NCBI GenBank assembly: GCA_964016885.1
Contig: OZ024741.1
Span: forward strand, 299,212,001 to 299,276,000
Reading direction: 5' to 3'
Source of the DNA: Eledone cirrhosa
Taxonomy: Eukaryota
DNA: 64,000 nt
Within the stretch, counting starts at the first letter, position 1, and each line of letters begins with the position of its first letter. A program made the position numbers and the translations under genes. Under the pieces are notes generated by a model. The model made no database searches. It saw nothing but the letters and a program-made list of their open reading frames with translations, and was not told the origin of the DNA. Shown piece after piece: positions 25,707 through 40,006 of this stretch.

Positions 25707-25896
25707 TGTTTCTACTTTTGGCACAAGGCCAGGCATCATTCCAGCGCATTACTGGTACTTTATTTTATCGACCCCGTAAGGATGAAAAGCCAAGTTAACC
25801 TCGGCGGGATTTGAACTCAAATCGTAAAGGCCCGTAACTCCATGCTGCAAACCATGGTGTCCGACCCTCTACCGATACTGCCAATCCACCGCAATT
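25707..25896 (-). mobile_element. tRNA-derived SINE with 18-bp target-site duplication
   Basis: AATAAAGATAAAGATAAT at 25689-25706 and 25897-25914; empty site in the opposite arm at about 26717-26740. Confidence 0.92.
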
Positions 25897-27214
25897 AATA
25901 AAGATAAAGATAATAATGACAAAAATAAAGGCAAAGAAGAAGGTGAGAAAGAAGAAAAGAAAAGATAGCCAAGCAGGGGAGGGAAGGAAGGAAGAAAACG
26001 AAGAAATAGAAGAGGAATGAGGGAGAAGAGGGGTATATATGTATTGGTTTTAAGGGTAATTAAAAGGGTTTAGATATAACAAAAGGGTATAAAGTCTAAG
26101 TATATGTAGTTTGTCAGTTGGTAGTAAGAGGTTAAGGGTTCGATTTGTAGTGCGAAAACTTCTCTTTGAGTCTATGGTTACAATAAATAGATCTTTCGAT
26201 TTTATTGTTGAGTAACTTATTCTTCGAACTTAAGATGTGGAACAGCTCAAGGTCGCATAATCGACAGCTTCTCATACCACTCGGATATGGGGGCGCGTTC
26301 GATAATTTGTTCCACTTCAGGCTGTATTGATGGTTACTTTCCCTCAGTTGCCAGGTCTTGTTCGCAAGGGTAGTTACATAACGGTGCTGGGAATGTTTCT
26401 TGCGTAACGGTGTGTATACCAACGGGCTTTAAATGTATTCCCAGTCGCTCCGATGTAACCATAGACTCAAAGAGAAGTTTTCGCACTACAAATCGAACCC
26501 TTAACCTCTTACTACCAACTGACAAACTGCATATACTTAGACTTTATACCCTCTTGTTGTTCCTAAACCCTTTTAATTACCCACAAAACCAATACATATA
26601 TCCATCCCTTCTCCCTCATTCCTCTTCTATTTCTTCGTTTTCTTCCTTCCTTCCCTCCCCTTCTTGGCTATCTTTTCTTTTCTTCTTCTCTCCCCTTCTT
26701 TGCTTTTATTTTTGTCATTATTATCTTTATCTTTATTTTTTATATATATTTATATTTATCTCTTTATATCTCCGCCCTATCTCTCTCCCTCTCTATCCCC
26801 CACCCCCGACTATGATCAATTTAATTCTCTTTAACTCACTACACTCCACGACATGAAGTCTGCTATCAAAACTGACCAAGGAATCCTTCCACCCCTACCC
26901 CTTCCGCCATCTCAGTTTGTCACTCTACTTCCTACCTCCTCCACATTCCTCTCTCTCTATACTATTCCGTTTGTCCCCTCACCTTCTGATTCCTCTCTCT
27001 CTATACTAGTAAATACAATTCCAAATAAATGTTTTTCTCTATATATTAAGAATTATTTCAAGAGTAACTTACTATTTTGAAAATTTGGACTGTGAACAAC
27101 AATTATAATTGAGTGGCTGCTATTTGCAGTATAGCAATATAAGGTTGCACTTACTAATGAAACGGTCGTAAATACCTGGATAAAATTCTTCTCTTAATGC
27201 TTACCTGTGTTTTC

Positions 27215-27253
<39 letters not shown>

Positions 27254-27289
27254 TGTGTGTGTGTGTGTAAAAGGTAAATAGAAATAACA

Positions 27290-27681
27290 ACAAAATCGGT
27301 AATGGCACTTACACTCGACTGCTTCAGCGCATTCAGAACATAATCTGGCGACATCTGCCTTTGAGAGACAGATATGCGTGGGAGGCCGGCATATATGTCT
27401 CTTGAGAGACATATATGCCGGCCTCCCACGCATATCTGTCGTTGTACGTAAGAGGAGAGTAAGATTTGCTGGCCACTGCCATCGTACGACCTACGAGACT
27501 GTGTCTCGATTAGCGTTTTGGAAGCAGTCACTAATAACAGGGGGTACAATCTCTCCTACTCTGATGTCATCTCCAGAGATTGTGGTATTGCAATCCAGGA
27601 CTTGGCAGCGGCAATGAATGTCAGACCCACGTGGAGATCAATTGGTGAGTCAATTTCGGCTGAGGCCGCCTGATGCTGATG

Positions 27682-27685
<4 letters not shown>
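27290..27685 (+). mobile_element. RTE LINE 3' fragment with an internal inverted duplication
   Basis: LRDIYAGLPRISVVVRKRRVRFAGHCHR. Confidence 0.8.
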
Positions 27686-27738
<53 letters not shown>

Positions 27739-27847
27739 ATTGGATTCAGTCTTGAAGGGATTTAGTTGATCAAATCGATCTCAGTACTTGTTTTTTAAAG
27801 CCTGACATTTATTTAATCGATATATTTCTTCTAAGTGCTAATTTACG

Positions 27848-27940
<93 letters not shown>

Positions 27941-27945
27941 AACAA

Positions 27946-27982
<37 letters not shown>

Positions 27983-27998
27983 CATATATATACATATA

Positions 27999-28039
<41 letters not shown>

Positions 28040-28134
28040 CAATCGATTGACTTTCGTCAAATCGGACCGGGGAAACAATGTTTAAATTGGTCTTTCCAAT
28101 TGTTAATACTATCTATCGGTCGCAACTCCAGGTA

Positions 28135-28255
28135 GTAGGAGCAACGTGAAATAAAGTGTCTTGCCCAAGGACATAACGCATCGCCCGGTTCAGGAATCGA
28201 GCTCACAACCTCATGATTGCGAGATCAATTCTCTTACCACTCAGCCACGCGCCTT
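28135..28255 (-). mobile_element. tRNA-derived SINE head with CORE/V-like domain
   Basis: Minus strand: TGGCTGAGTGG A-box, GAGCTCGATTCC B-box-like, GTCCTTGGGCAAGACACTT. Confidence 0.75.
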
Positions 28256-28649
28256 CACAATACACCCCCCCCCACACACACAATGGATTCTGTGTAGCTT
28301 CTGTCTACAATATCTAACTCAAAAGTCATCGTGCAAACGAGACTCAAGAAAATGCTATATATATGGTATAAGCTATTAATGCATTTAGTCGTATTCGTGC
28401 ACTTTCTGTCTTCGTCTTTGCTTCACCCTCGATGGAGGGATGAGTCAAGAAGAAGTATTCGTTTATAATTTTAGATGCGTTTACGTTCTGGTTTGAGTAA
28501 TTGATGGTCCTATCTTCAGAATAAGAATGGTACTATTAGTCAAGTATTTTTCATAGGCTTTGCGGAGCTGACAAAGGAGTCTGAGTGTGGTAATAACATT
28601 ATGAACGCCTGATTATAATATTTGATTTCATGTATGTTGTAACCAGGTG

Positions 28650-29150
28650 TTAATCTATTGGTGTATATTTTGATTACTCTCCTTGTCGTGCGAGGGATTC
28701 TAAATTATATTATAGCATCATGAATTAATGTCTTTCTATCTAATTTTGTTGGATGTGCTGTATAATAATGTGTTGCAATGTCTCCCTGTTGTAACAGGCA
28801 TAATCAGCCAGCCAGAAATTCCCGTGTGTATGTCAAATATAGATTGAGCCATGAAGTTTACAACTTACATGTTTACATTACAATTCGTGTATTGCATTGC
28901 GCAACTGAAGTGCATTCTGGGTGTTGCTAATTTGTAATTTCTTCTAAATGTGAAGGTATTTCATTTTGATGTTTTTGTAGTATATAATAAGTATCAGTTT
29001 CTGCTAAGGAGCAAATCACGTTGTATTTTATTGTATGCGCTTTTCAATGACGCATTCTTCTATGCTATAACTAGAGCCCATTTAATTATTTTGATATTCA
29101 AAATCTTTGGTTTGTGTATGTTTTCTGTGCTCTGCTTTTTACTGAATCGG
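28650..29150 (-). mobile_element. Possible old PLE GIY-YIG remnant
   Basis: Minus strand reads FSC...CKLHGSIYI*HT (YIG-like); very degenerate. Confidence 0.3.
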
Positions 29151-30117
29151 TGTGAATAAATTTTTTTCTATAGCATTATCTATTAGTGTTTAGGATACCC
29201 ATTATCTATCTAATGTTTTTTTACACGCGGATTTCATTATCTTAAGCATCTTTAGTGGACACAATTTTATCGAAGGATTTAACTATACATTTTTTTTTAT
29301 TCGTGGGGGCATTCATTTTATGCGTGCATATATAAGTCTTATGAGTTTTTAATACACATTATTTATCTATTGTTTATTTTACATACGGATCGCCTTATAT
29401 AAACCTTCTTTAGAAGAGAAAAACTTAACGACGTATATTTTGTATTTGTGGGGGCACCCATTTTCTTCGTGCAGATATAGATTTTTATGTGTTTCGAATA
29501 ATCATAAGTGTTATATTTATAAGTCCTATGTTTAACTTGATGTTAAACAAGGACAATATATTATGTATCAGATACCTGACAAACATTTGTTAACATAGTA
29601 TAATCCCATTTCACAACTATATACCTAAAAGTTGTTGGTGTTGCTATTATAGTTGATACTGCTGTCGCTGTTGTTCTTGCATAAATAGGAGTTCTCTGTT
29701 GCAATTCGAATTGACGTGTCAGAATGACTTCAACAGGTTATCACATGAGATTTGAAATTTCTAGGGAGCAATTTACTATGAAGTCTGCACCTCGTAGAAG
29801 TTTGGATGAGCAACATTTCACGGAGGAACATCCACTGTTGGAAACGCTGCTGAACTGGAATCAAATGCCTTGTTCTAATTTAGTGTCGTTTGGGGCTGTT
29901 TATGACAAAAGAATATACGGCAAACTGATCAGATAATCATGATTCTATTATCATTCTATTATCATTTCTATAACGCTCCTATTACTCTAGGGGAGAACCT
30001 TTGAATGTTGCATCAACTCGTTTCCTTTCCACTAAACATTATACGTAGTTGAAAGAAACCGCAATGGCATAATAGTGGGAGAATATCGTATGGCAGTTAG
30101 ATATCGGAAACTGATAG

Positions 30118-30213
30118 CTACTACTACTACTACTACTACCGACACCACCACCACCACCACCACCACCACCACCACCACCACAACGACCGCTACCGCCGCC
30201 GCCACTACTACTG

Positions 30214-30273
<60 letters not shown>

Positions 30274-30296
30274 ATAACAATAATAATGATAATAAT
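30118..30296. repeat. Compound (CTA)/(CCA)/(TAA) microsatellite
   Basis: Seen directly. Confidence 0.95.
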
Positions 30297-30503
30297 GATT
30301 TCTATTATAAGCACAAGGCCACGAATTTGGGGAAAGTCAATTAAATCAATCCCATTATGTGAATGTTGCTATATTTATGGATTACCAAAGGTTGAAAAGG
30401 AAATTTGACCTCGGTGGGATGTAAACTCAGAATTTAAAGAGCAAGAACAAAGGCCACAATGCATGTTATGTAACGCTCTAACGATTCTGCTAAACCACCA
30501 CCG
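30297..30503 (-). mobile_element. Older subfamily of the tRNA-derived SINE
   Basis: gatttctattataagcacaaggcc 3' end; acctcggtgggatgtaaactcaga B-box region; ctgctaaaccaccaccg head. Confidence 0.7.
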
Positions 30504-30519
30504 TATAATAATAGTTATT

Positions 30520-32300
30520 ATTACTATATTCTCCACAAGGGCTGAAACATGAACGATAATACAAAAATAGGAACAGTGTGATATTTCAAACATCGAGTAA
30601 CTAACGATAACATACATCAATAAACAATACGATTATAACAATAAAGATTACCAAGCTGGGGTGACAAAGGAAGCATACTAATCCTAAACCAACCTAATCT
30701 GCAAGAGTGCCAAAGGAGGACACCCCTCTCCTCTCCTAATTATCCATTCTACAGGAGCAGGGTTAGAGTAGGCCCATTCCCTAGGGCCATCCTCACAACC
30801 CACCTTTTAACACATGTACAGGGAGGCATTACTTCCCACTCCACACTCATGTTCCGTTTCAAATGTAACTTGAAAATGTTCATGAGGGCTTGGCAGAAGG
30901 GAAATTGTTGTCGTCATACCTCCCCCCCCACACACACAGCCTCTTTCACTACAGCCACCAGACAGAGGAACAATGCCTGCCTTGCCAGACAAAAAGAAGG
31001 CGGCGGACCGATCTTCCTGATGGACTCAGTCAATAGCAGGATCCATCCTACACGATGTAGTAGCTTTTCAACAAATGTTCACATACCCTATATAAGTGCC
31101 TGCAGAAAGGTGTCGTTGCTTTGCGCGTATCTCGGACAGGTCTATCAGGCAGCACTTAGAACCTGTAGAGTTTGTCTCGAACCGACAATGTCTCCGGCTA
31201 GCACTGCCAAGTGAGGGACTTCTGCAACTTGTCCGTAAATCCCGGCTCTAAATTTGTCCGGAACAGACTGATCAGTTCTTTTTCGTCAACGCCCAGAGCC
31301 TCTCCGAGAACGTTGTCTCAATGCATACCACTAACCTTCTATATAACTCAATAGTGGAATTTCCACTCATCGCATTGCCCGAATGGTAGAGTGTTGTGAG
31401 TGCTTAACATCTCTCCTTATACCAGAAACCGAGTCTCAGTCTTTTCTTGACCAACGACTCCAGCTCAGTCAAAGTGACGAGCTGTAGAAAGACATGTTTG
31501 ACGAATGGCGACCACAAATGTTCACCATTTGGAAATATCTGGATATGGCGTAGAAGTGACGCATATTTGCGCATCATCAACTACGGCATGTCCAGTCCAT
31601 ACAGGCTGCTATCAGCAGAGAGAATACCTCACCACAGAAATTGTTATATTCACCTCCATACAAACTTTCAGGATTAGCTTCCGCTCGGCTTATTTCTAGG
31701 TGAGTGGCCAGCCTAATTGGAGGTCTGACCCAAACCAGAGCCTGAGCAACTTCAACAATCCATCTGTACAGCGTCCGACGACGCTGTTGCACGGCATTAA
31801 TTTGCTTTTCCAGGTGCTAGGTTGCAAAACCACCGATGTTTTCGGGTTGATTTTTTGCTCTGCCTTCTATCTAGATCCCTTTCTACGCTTTCTATCTATA
31901 TGCATCAGGCACACCAGGAATTTGTGGTCTGAATAAGTGACTGTTTGGAATTGTGGACTATCTCTTCTATCCATATCTACTAACTTAATGGAAGGTCTAT
32001 ATATATACGATCTAGATGACCCTATGTGTTTGGTTCAGGTTCACACTGGTGTATTTGGGAAATCTAGTGGGTACCTGTCAGCCACGTCTAGCCTTCTAAC
32101 TAACTCATTCTCTAGTCTAATTCTCTCTATAACTCCTCATTTACTAAACCCATATTCTACAATTATCACCCTTTTCAGTCAAACAACCATTTGTTGTCGA
32201 CGATTGCCCCTGTCAACGCCCGCATAACTGTTTTCGTAATCCAGTGTATGTAGGCTTTGCGCGTCAGAAAGGACGCGTTTAGATTCCAGTATAGAGATCC
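30520..32300 (-). mobile_element. Degenerate, internally deleted Tx1 LINE
   Basis: Colinear with 13135-14660 (gccaccagacagaggaa, gagtaggcccattc, tggaggtctgacc) and with 16030-16290 (tacgatctagatgaccc, gggaaatctagt). Confidence 0.85.
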
Positions 32301-33032
32301 CTATCTATGGAATATATATGTGTTTTGTTTAGTCTATTACGTTGAATTATGAACAGCCTATGCTAGTCGTATCTACATCCCAACATACTATCCTAACTTA
32401 CATAGCTAATATAACTATGTGATATTCTCTGTGGAATAACCCTTTTCTTTCAAAGTATGTACGTTCAAACTTTTAGTTTGATGTAACAAAAAATCAACCA
32501 ACAAAACTCAATACAGTACCATTGCCCAATTACTTAATGCTTCGTTTTGGCACGAGTTTTATTTTATTTATCTCTCGACAGAGCAGATATAATTAGAATT
32601 TTGTGGCAGACTTGTCTAAGACTTATTCGTCTAAGACTTATTCGTCTCTTCTTTTTTAATCGAGAAAGTGGTCTTTTGTTTCCCGTATAACATTTATCAT
32701 AACTGCATATCACTTATTACTTGATTCACGTCGGCTTCTTTTATTTCGATTCTAAGCTGTGAGATTTATCAGAAGATTCTGAATTTCAGAAGGTGATATT
32801 ATTATATTTTATTTTGAATATTTATTTCAAAAAGGTAAACAGAAGAACAATTTATATATAAATCTCACATTTTCAGTGGGCTGTAAGATATGCTTTATAT
32901 TAAATGTAAATAATAATAAAAATAATACAATTTCAAGATTGATTTTTAATTTAGTATTAAGACAATAATATTACGGTTAACACGGATTTAAAAAACAACA
33001 TTACTTTCGTTGAAATGAATAACTCTGTAGTC

Positions 33033-33034
<2 letters not shown>

Positions 33035-33063
<29 letters not shown>

Positions 33064-33775
33064 CTTCTTCTTCGCCCACTTATTCCTTAGAATTCCATGG
33101 GGCAAAGTCCAGTAGCACTCCTTCTTGCGGGTCCTGTCAGAAACAACCGTACCCAACAGATACAGGTGGATCTCGAAGCGAGTCCAGCCAAGCTCGTGGA
33201 TGTTGTCCAACCATCTTGATCGGGTTTACCAATGGGTCTCCTGCCGGTTTCAAATCTGTCCATTGATTCTTTGCTGATACATTCTAACCACATGCCCATA
33301 ATATCGGATCTGTTATCTCTCGATTCGGAGAAGTAGCGGCTAAACCCGGGGTGACTCTGATCTCCAAACTACGCAATCTCTCGCGTAACGTTATTCGAAA
33401 GACCCTTCGGAAGAATCCCATTTCGGCAACTTGTATTCGCGATCGATTATGTCGGTCATTACCCAAGATCCATGATCATACGTAAAGGGATGGCACGAAT
33501 ACCGAATTAAATATGGCTTTTACACCTACTTCTGTTCTGATTACAGAATGGCGCATTACTGCACCAGCTCCTGCAATTCTTACACTTAAGTCAGCCCCCT
33601 CCTTCCCATCACTCGTGAATAGGCCCTGAGATACTTGAACCTTTTCACCAGCTGCAGTGAAACTCCATTAACATGTAGCGTGCACTGTGCAGCATTCCTT
33701 GAGGGGACTAATGTCTCCGTTTTCGCAGCATTGTTTTTCATTCCAGCCATACACCACTCTGCTTCAAACCTGTCA
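33035..33775 (-). mobile_element. RTE LINE 3' fragment with (GAA)n tail
   Basis: SRIQVAEMGFFRRV..TLRERLRS; RRPIGKP. Confidence 0.85.
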
Positions 33776-33897
33776 TCTCAATATCTAAAATAATATTTTT
33801 ACATAATTCTCTGTTTCGGGTTATTTTCTAGAGCTGTGAATCGTGACCATTTTAGATATTGCAAGTATCTTCCAAATAGTTTCTTTTATGTTTGCAG

Positions 33898-34005
33898 ATA
33901 TGTTTGAACATAGCAGCTACACTGTTAACTGTGCCAAAATCCGGACGACGCAAAGACTATGTTAATTTGCCTGGTAGCGGCAGACAAAACAGAGCTGTCA
34001 TGTAA
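33898..34005 (+). CDS. Candidate host terminal exon (ICLNIAATLLTVPKSGRRKDYVNLPGSGRQNRAVM*)
   Basis: Acceptor ttcttttatgtttgcag; hydrophobic then basic peptide ending in TAA; unique sequence downstream. Confidence 0.35.
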   Translation: MCLNIAATLLTVPKSGRRKDYVNLPGSGRQNRAVM

Positions 34006-35879
34006 TAGGTGGCCGCTGTCTATCTTCTCTTAATTGTAAAGTGATGCAGGAAAGGGCTATGCACTTTGTTATCCCCAGTATCTAGAAAGAACCGAAGTAT
34101 CCCCAAGCTGAATGCTTTTTCGGCCTGCTTGATGTAACAATATTCACAGAGGTTAAAGTGGGCAAATAATTTCAGCATGAAGTAAGGCATTCTTGTATAA
34201 TGCATACCCCATATTGCGAAATATTATCAATGCCATATTCACTGGAAAATGCTCTTATTATTACTTGTGAATATTTGTGCAATTATTATGGGTAAGAATA
34301 TCACAACGTATTTTATTTTGCAAAGTACCAATAACGTATGAGCCGAACGAATAAATACTACTAACTTTTGCTATAATTCTTGCTGACCTGAAAGAATTAT
34401 GCTGCTCCTCATGTGGTATGAAATTAGAATTTATAAAATAGTTTGTAAAATAGTTTTTAAAGAACCGATCCAAGTAATCAGCTATGCACTAGAAAAAACC
34501 TGAGAAGAAAAGATTAGCAGAGAACAAAGGGTAGCATGCTGTGCATGTCACGATAAATATATCATGGGTTTCTAAGTTTTTAAAACATCATAACTACAGA
34601 GAGCTCGTGGCAATTTTTATTGAAATTTCAAACGCTGTCGCATATCTTTAAAAATGCATTTCTTGCATTCGCATTTTAATACTTTTCCCGTCAAAACGTA
34701 GGTAATGTAAGCCAGAGGCACGGTAAAATGATTAATTAAAACAATGCAACAATTTAGATCAGGTAGGAAGACTGCAGTGATACAGCCATAACGGGAGCCT
34801 CTATGGCTAGATCCTATGAAAGTGTTACAGCAGAAAAGAACATTACTTGAAGTAGTTTTAATTGCTTAATTGTTCAATGTTTTCTGAGTTAGTCAATTAA
34901 TGTATTTGTTAAATATATTTATCGGGAGAATTTTGAGCGAATTAAACTTAAAATTCTGAGATTGTGGATTATTTTATTTGATAAATACATTTATTTGGTT
35001 AACTTTGATTATATTTTGCATACAATTGATTCATTGCCCTCGCGACATGAAACAAAACTTCGTCGTACGTCAAGCTTGCGCTATATAAAGACAATATAAA
35101 ACCAAAATTATTCCCGAAAATATCACTGAGAGGAGGAAAATAAGAATGGTTTTGTGTTCATCACGGAAAAGGCAATGAAATCAAAACAAACAAAAAAACA
35201 ATTATAAACAGTGTATATACTATCACTATTTTCATATAAACAAAACATGTTATCTTGTGTTCATGACAAGATGATTGAGATTTTATGCTTACTACATTCA
35301 CAAGTACAGTTGAGTGTTAAATGATCTGAATTCACTAGAAATAATGGTAACTTGTGAATGGACTCTCATTCTGAGACTTCTCGAGATACAAATAAAATAA
35401 AATAATTTGCTAAACGCCAATAGTTCTTGCGTGCCATCATGTCTGTGTGGTTAAATACTGAGTTCGATTCGCGACTGGTTTCAGGTTTAATTCATAGTCT
35501 ACTATTATAACATCGGTTTTGCCAACGATTTGTGAGTGAAGTCTTATAAACACAACGTATGTGAATACTCGCAAATGGATATTTCCGATTTAGGATGCCA
35601 TATCAAACATTCATCTGTTTGTTGTATTCACGTCAGGTCTCCGCTCTTTCCATATTTCCTCTCACTAGTCGCAAAATATTCTCAAACGATCATGGTTCCG
35701 ATCTTCTCTCGTTTCACTAAATTATAAAAGAAAAAAAGATGACGGGGATTGGGCTTATCTTCAGGTTGTGTTGCATTATGTATATGAAAGACATGTCTTT
35801 CGCCACATAAGACAATTTTAATCGAAGTTTTCTTGCAGATGAGATTAAATTCCTCTCTTCCAATGAAATACTCTTATGT

Positions 35880-36345
35880 TTTAACCTGTTGCCCCCTCGG
35901 TCCGGTCACCCTTCGACCAACGATGCAGAAGAAAGGAAGACAAGTGAATACCGGTTATGGTCCGGTCGCTTTCTCTTCTCACCGGCCACAGTTGAGACCT
36001 CAGGTGTCCTCGGACATCGTACTGCCGAGTTCTTCCACAAAATCAGAATGTCAACAGTCCAAAGGATCTCCGCGACCCGGGGTGGCTGTTGCAGCAGGTG
36101 TAGCTGCTCATTGTCCGCGGAAATGCCTTTCGCAATATTGTTTGCGGGGTGCAGCACCAACACCACCACGTGCTATGCCCAGAGTCCATATCCCGCCCCT
36201 TCCCCCTCCTTTTCTTCTGCAGCTTTAGAGTCCCTGCTTTTCCACTCCTTTTCCTCTCATGTATGCCTTTTATAGTCCTTTACTCTACATACTCACACAG
36301 CCAGATCTGCCCTTCATAACAATTGTACTTCATTTATGTTACTAA
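35880..36345 (+). mobile_element. CRE-like LINE 3' end (restriction-like endonuclease C-terminus)
   Basis: AEERKTSEY..FLFSPATVETSGVLG..AEFFHKI followed by a frameshifted VRGNAFAI-like motif. Confidence 0.65.
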
Positions 36346-37177
36346 TGTAATTCAGAATATCTTGAACGTTACCAGAATCAAATGTATATCATTATATATT
36401 TATATTCTTGTGTCTTGTCACGCTTAGCACACTTGAAAGTTTCGAATGCTGTTACAGGCATTCAGCAGTTTTAACCGAATAGTGTTAAATATAATTATAC
36501 TTTGGACTGGGGACATACATGTAATTATTAATCTTTATTACCAGCTTTCAATAAATGGACTTGTTACATAAAGTGAAAGTTAACACTACCGTTAAATTAT
36601 CGACTACCTTCTTATTCAAGAATGTACTTAACTAAACAATTGTGTACATAACACTACATAATATTCTACTCTAGTTATCTCTCTTTTTATTTCACTAAAG
36701 GAACACTTATTTTAAAATTATGATTCAGCTATGTAAACACTACCAAGAAAAAACTGTTCACTTAATTAAATATGGGTACATGAAAACTGAAATATTTCGG
36801 AAATATATGAGGAAAATACAGGAAAATACGAAGAAGTGTTGTCTAGCCAAATGATTTATGAGCATAATTTAATATATATAATCACAAACATTAAATAAAG
36901 TAAGTATCTCATATTTGTTTAAAGCACTGAAATTGTTTATATATATATTTCCAGTAATATAAATCGTTGATTCCATGTTAGATGCGTTATTATAGAATTA
37001 CAGTTTAATTACATCACCGTGTTCAAGTGTTACATCATAATATATATATATTGTATATTATATATATATATGTATATCCATATATATATATATATATTTC
37101 GAAGTGCAAGTCCCGTGAATTCATTGATCGAGTGGGAAAGTTCAACGTAGTGGCACAAACTCAGTTTGTCTGGTTTG

Positions 37178-37960
<783 letters not shown>

Positions 37961-38039
37961 CCCCTATTCTATTATACATATATATATATATGTGTGTGCG
38001 TGCGTTAGTGTGCGTTCGTGTGTGTGTGTACGTGTGTGT

Positions 38040-38142
<103 letters not shown>

Positions 38143-38396
38143 TGTGTATGTGTGTGTGTGTATTGAAGAAGGGCAAGAACTTTAAATAAATATTCGAATG
38201 AGAATTAAAGTCGCTGACTCTCTCCATTCGAAATTTGATTCACTATAAATCTAATTTGTTATTGCTCTTGATTGAAATTCAGAGGCTGTTTACTTCCGTT
38301 CTAAAACCCTTCTGTCAATATCGTATATATTTTGAGTTCTTTAAACAGAATCATGAAAAATATAATGATATAGTATTTCATTCTACCATGCAAATG

Positions 38397-38434
<38 letters not shown>

Positions 38435-38653
38435 TATATATATATATGTGTGTGTGTGTGTATGTGTCTGTGCGTATATGTGTGTGTGTGTATGTGTGTG
38501 TATATATATATGAGGAAATTCAGCAAGAGTATACAATATCGGAGAACAAAAGAATGAAATGCTGGTATATTAGTTTAACGCCTAATATAGTTGAAGCCAA
38601 CACCCCCACGCCCACGCTCTCTTTAGGCATATATATACATGTATATACATATA

Positions 38654-38720
<67 letters not shown>

Positions 38721-38764
38721 ATTTAAATACACACACACATATATATATAAATGTATATTTGTAT

Positions 38765-38796
<32 letters not shown>

Positions 38797-38826
38797 TATA
38801 TAAATATATACATACATCACACGCAG

Positions 38827-38925
<99 letters not shown>

Positions 38926-39034
38926 GTAATAATAATAAAATTGAAGACTAAAATCCAAAGAGGGCTTGATAAGGAAAATATATATCAAATATATAAGAAC
39001 CGTAGAGCAAATATTTATTCAAATAACAGATTAA

Positions 39035-39085
39035 AGTTTAAGCAAAGAATCGCTGCTTTCACCCTTAACGGGATCTTCTGAAACT
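39035..39085 (-). ncRNA. Hammerhead-like motif with CAGA core variant
   Basis: Reverse complement of 43057-43107. Confidence 0.65.
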
Positions 39086-40006
39086 AACAAAGTCAATCTG
39101 TAAACGCAGAACTGGATATTTCAAAAAACGTTGCAACCGGAGGAAGACAGGAAGACGATACTTTGGTTCGTGGTAACGTTCGCTGGCAAAGAACGGGAAA
39201 AAACGAATAATACGTCATTAATAGGAGCGGTGAAAAACAATTACGCGCAAAGACAAAACCACGTTTATGGTATAAAAGAGGTCGTAGACTAATGTTCTCT
39301 TAGGTGGTGCATAGAGACGTTCTCTGGCAATGAACGAAAAAAACGAAGATAATAAGTCATATGTGGAGCGTGGAGAACAATAGCACGCAAAGACAAAACC
39401 ACGTAAATGGTATAGCAGAAATCGTAGACTAAAATTCTAACTAGGAGACCAAATGAATCTCCGCTACAGAGTTAAGAACAAAGTAAATAAATACAATACA
39501 GAAGTAATAGGAACAAATAAATACATACACGCAAACAGATACGTACATACACAAGCATACGCAAAACCTTACCATGGGTATACAAAACCATGCACATATA
39601 AATATGTGTGTGTGTGTATGCTTGTGTACAAATAAATAAATAATTATATAAAAGTAAATAAATACGTATATAACAAGCGCACACGCATACCTACATATAA
39701 ATACACGAATGTTCGGAGACGTAAGTCAACTAAAACAAGAAGTACACATATACACACACCCACCATACGTACGAAGCTGCACACTCACGCGGACGCAAAA
39801 CTCCCGTATACACATAGCCAAACCCTAAATACCAGAATATGTAAAAATTATACGCTATAACAGTCAAATATACGTACGAGAAGGTATACATACCTTCACA
39901 AAACATACGGGTAATATATACTTACCTATGCAAATACGTAAAGGAATAAACAGAACATATACTTAGCTCCCACATCAAGACGTAAAATATCCACGTATAG
40001 ATCGTG

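Larger units (their letters stand above)
22562..27217 (-). mobile_element. PLE (outer) as a fold-back; its left arm is interrupted by another PLE and a SINE
   Basis: Endonuclease C-terminus at 26132-26422 (CRLCDLELFHI..LLNNKIE..YCNH); 26454-27217 is the reverse complement of 22703-23170 joined to 25671-26182. Confidence 0.85.

Noticed and set aside
27085-27175. GAAACGGTC at the hammerhead position of the outer PLE pseudo-LTR
   Set aside because: No CUGANGA core or stem I partner found in either arm.
29724-29936. Possible mariner transposase N-terminal remnant
   Set aside because: Only vague similarity; no TIR or catalytic motif visible.
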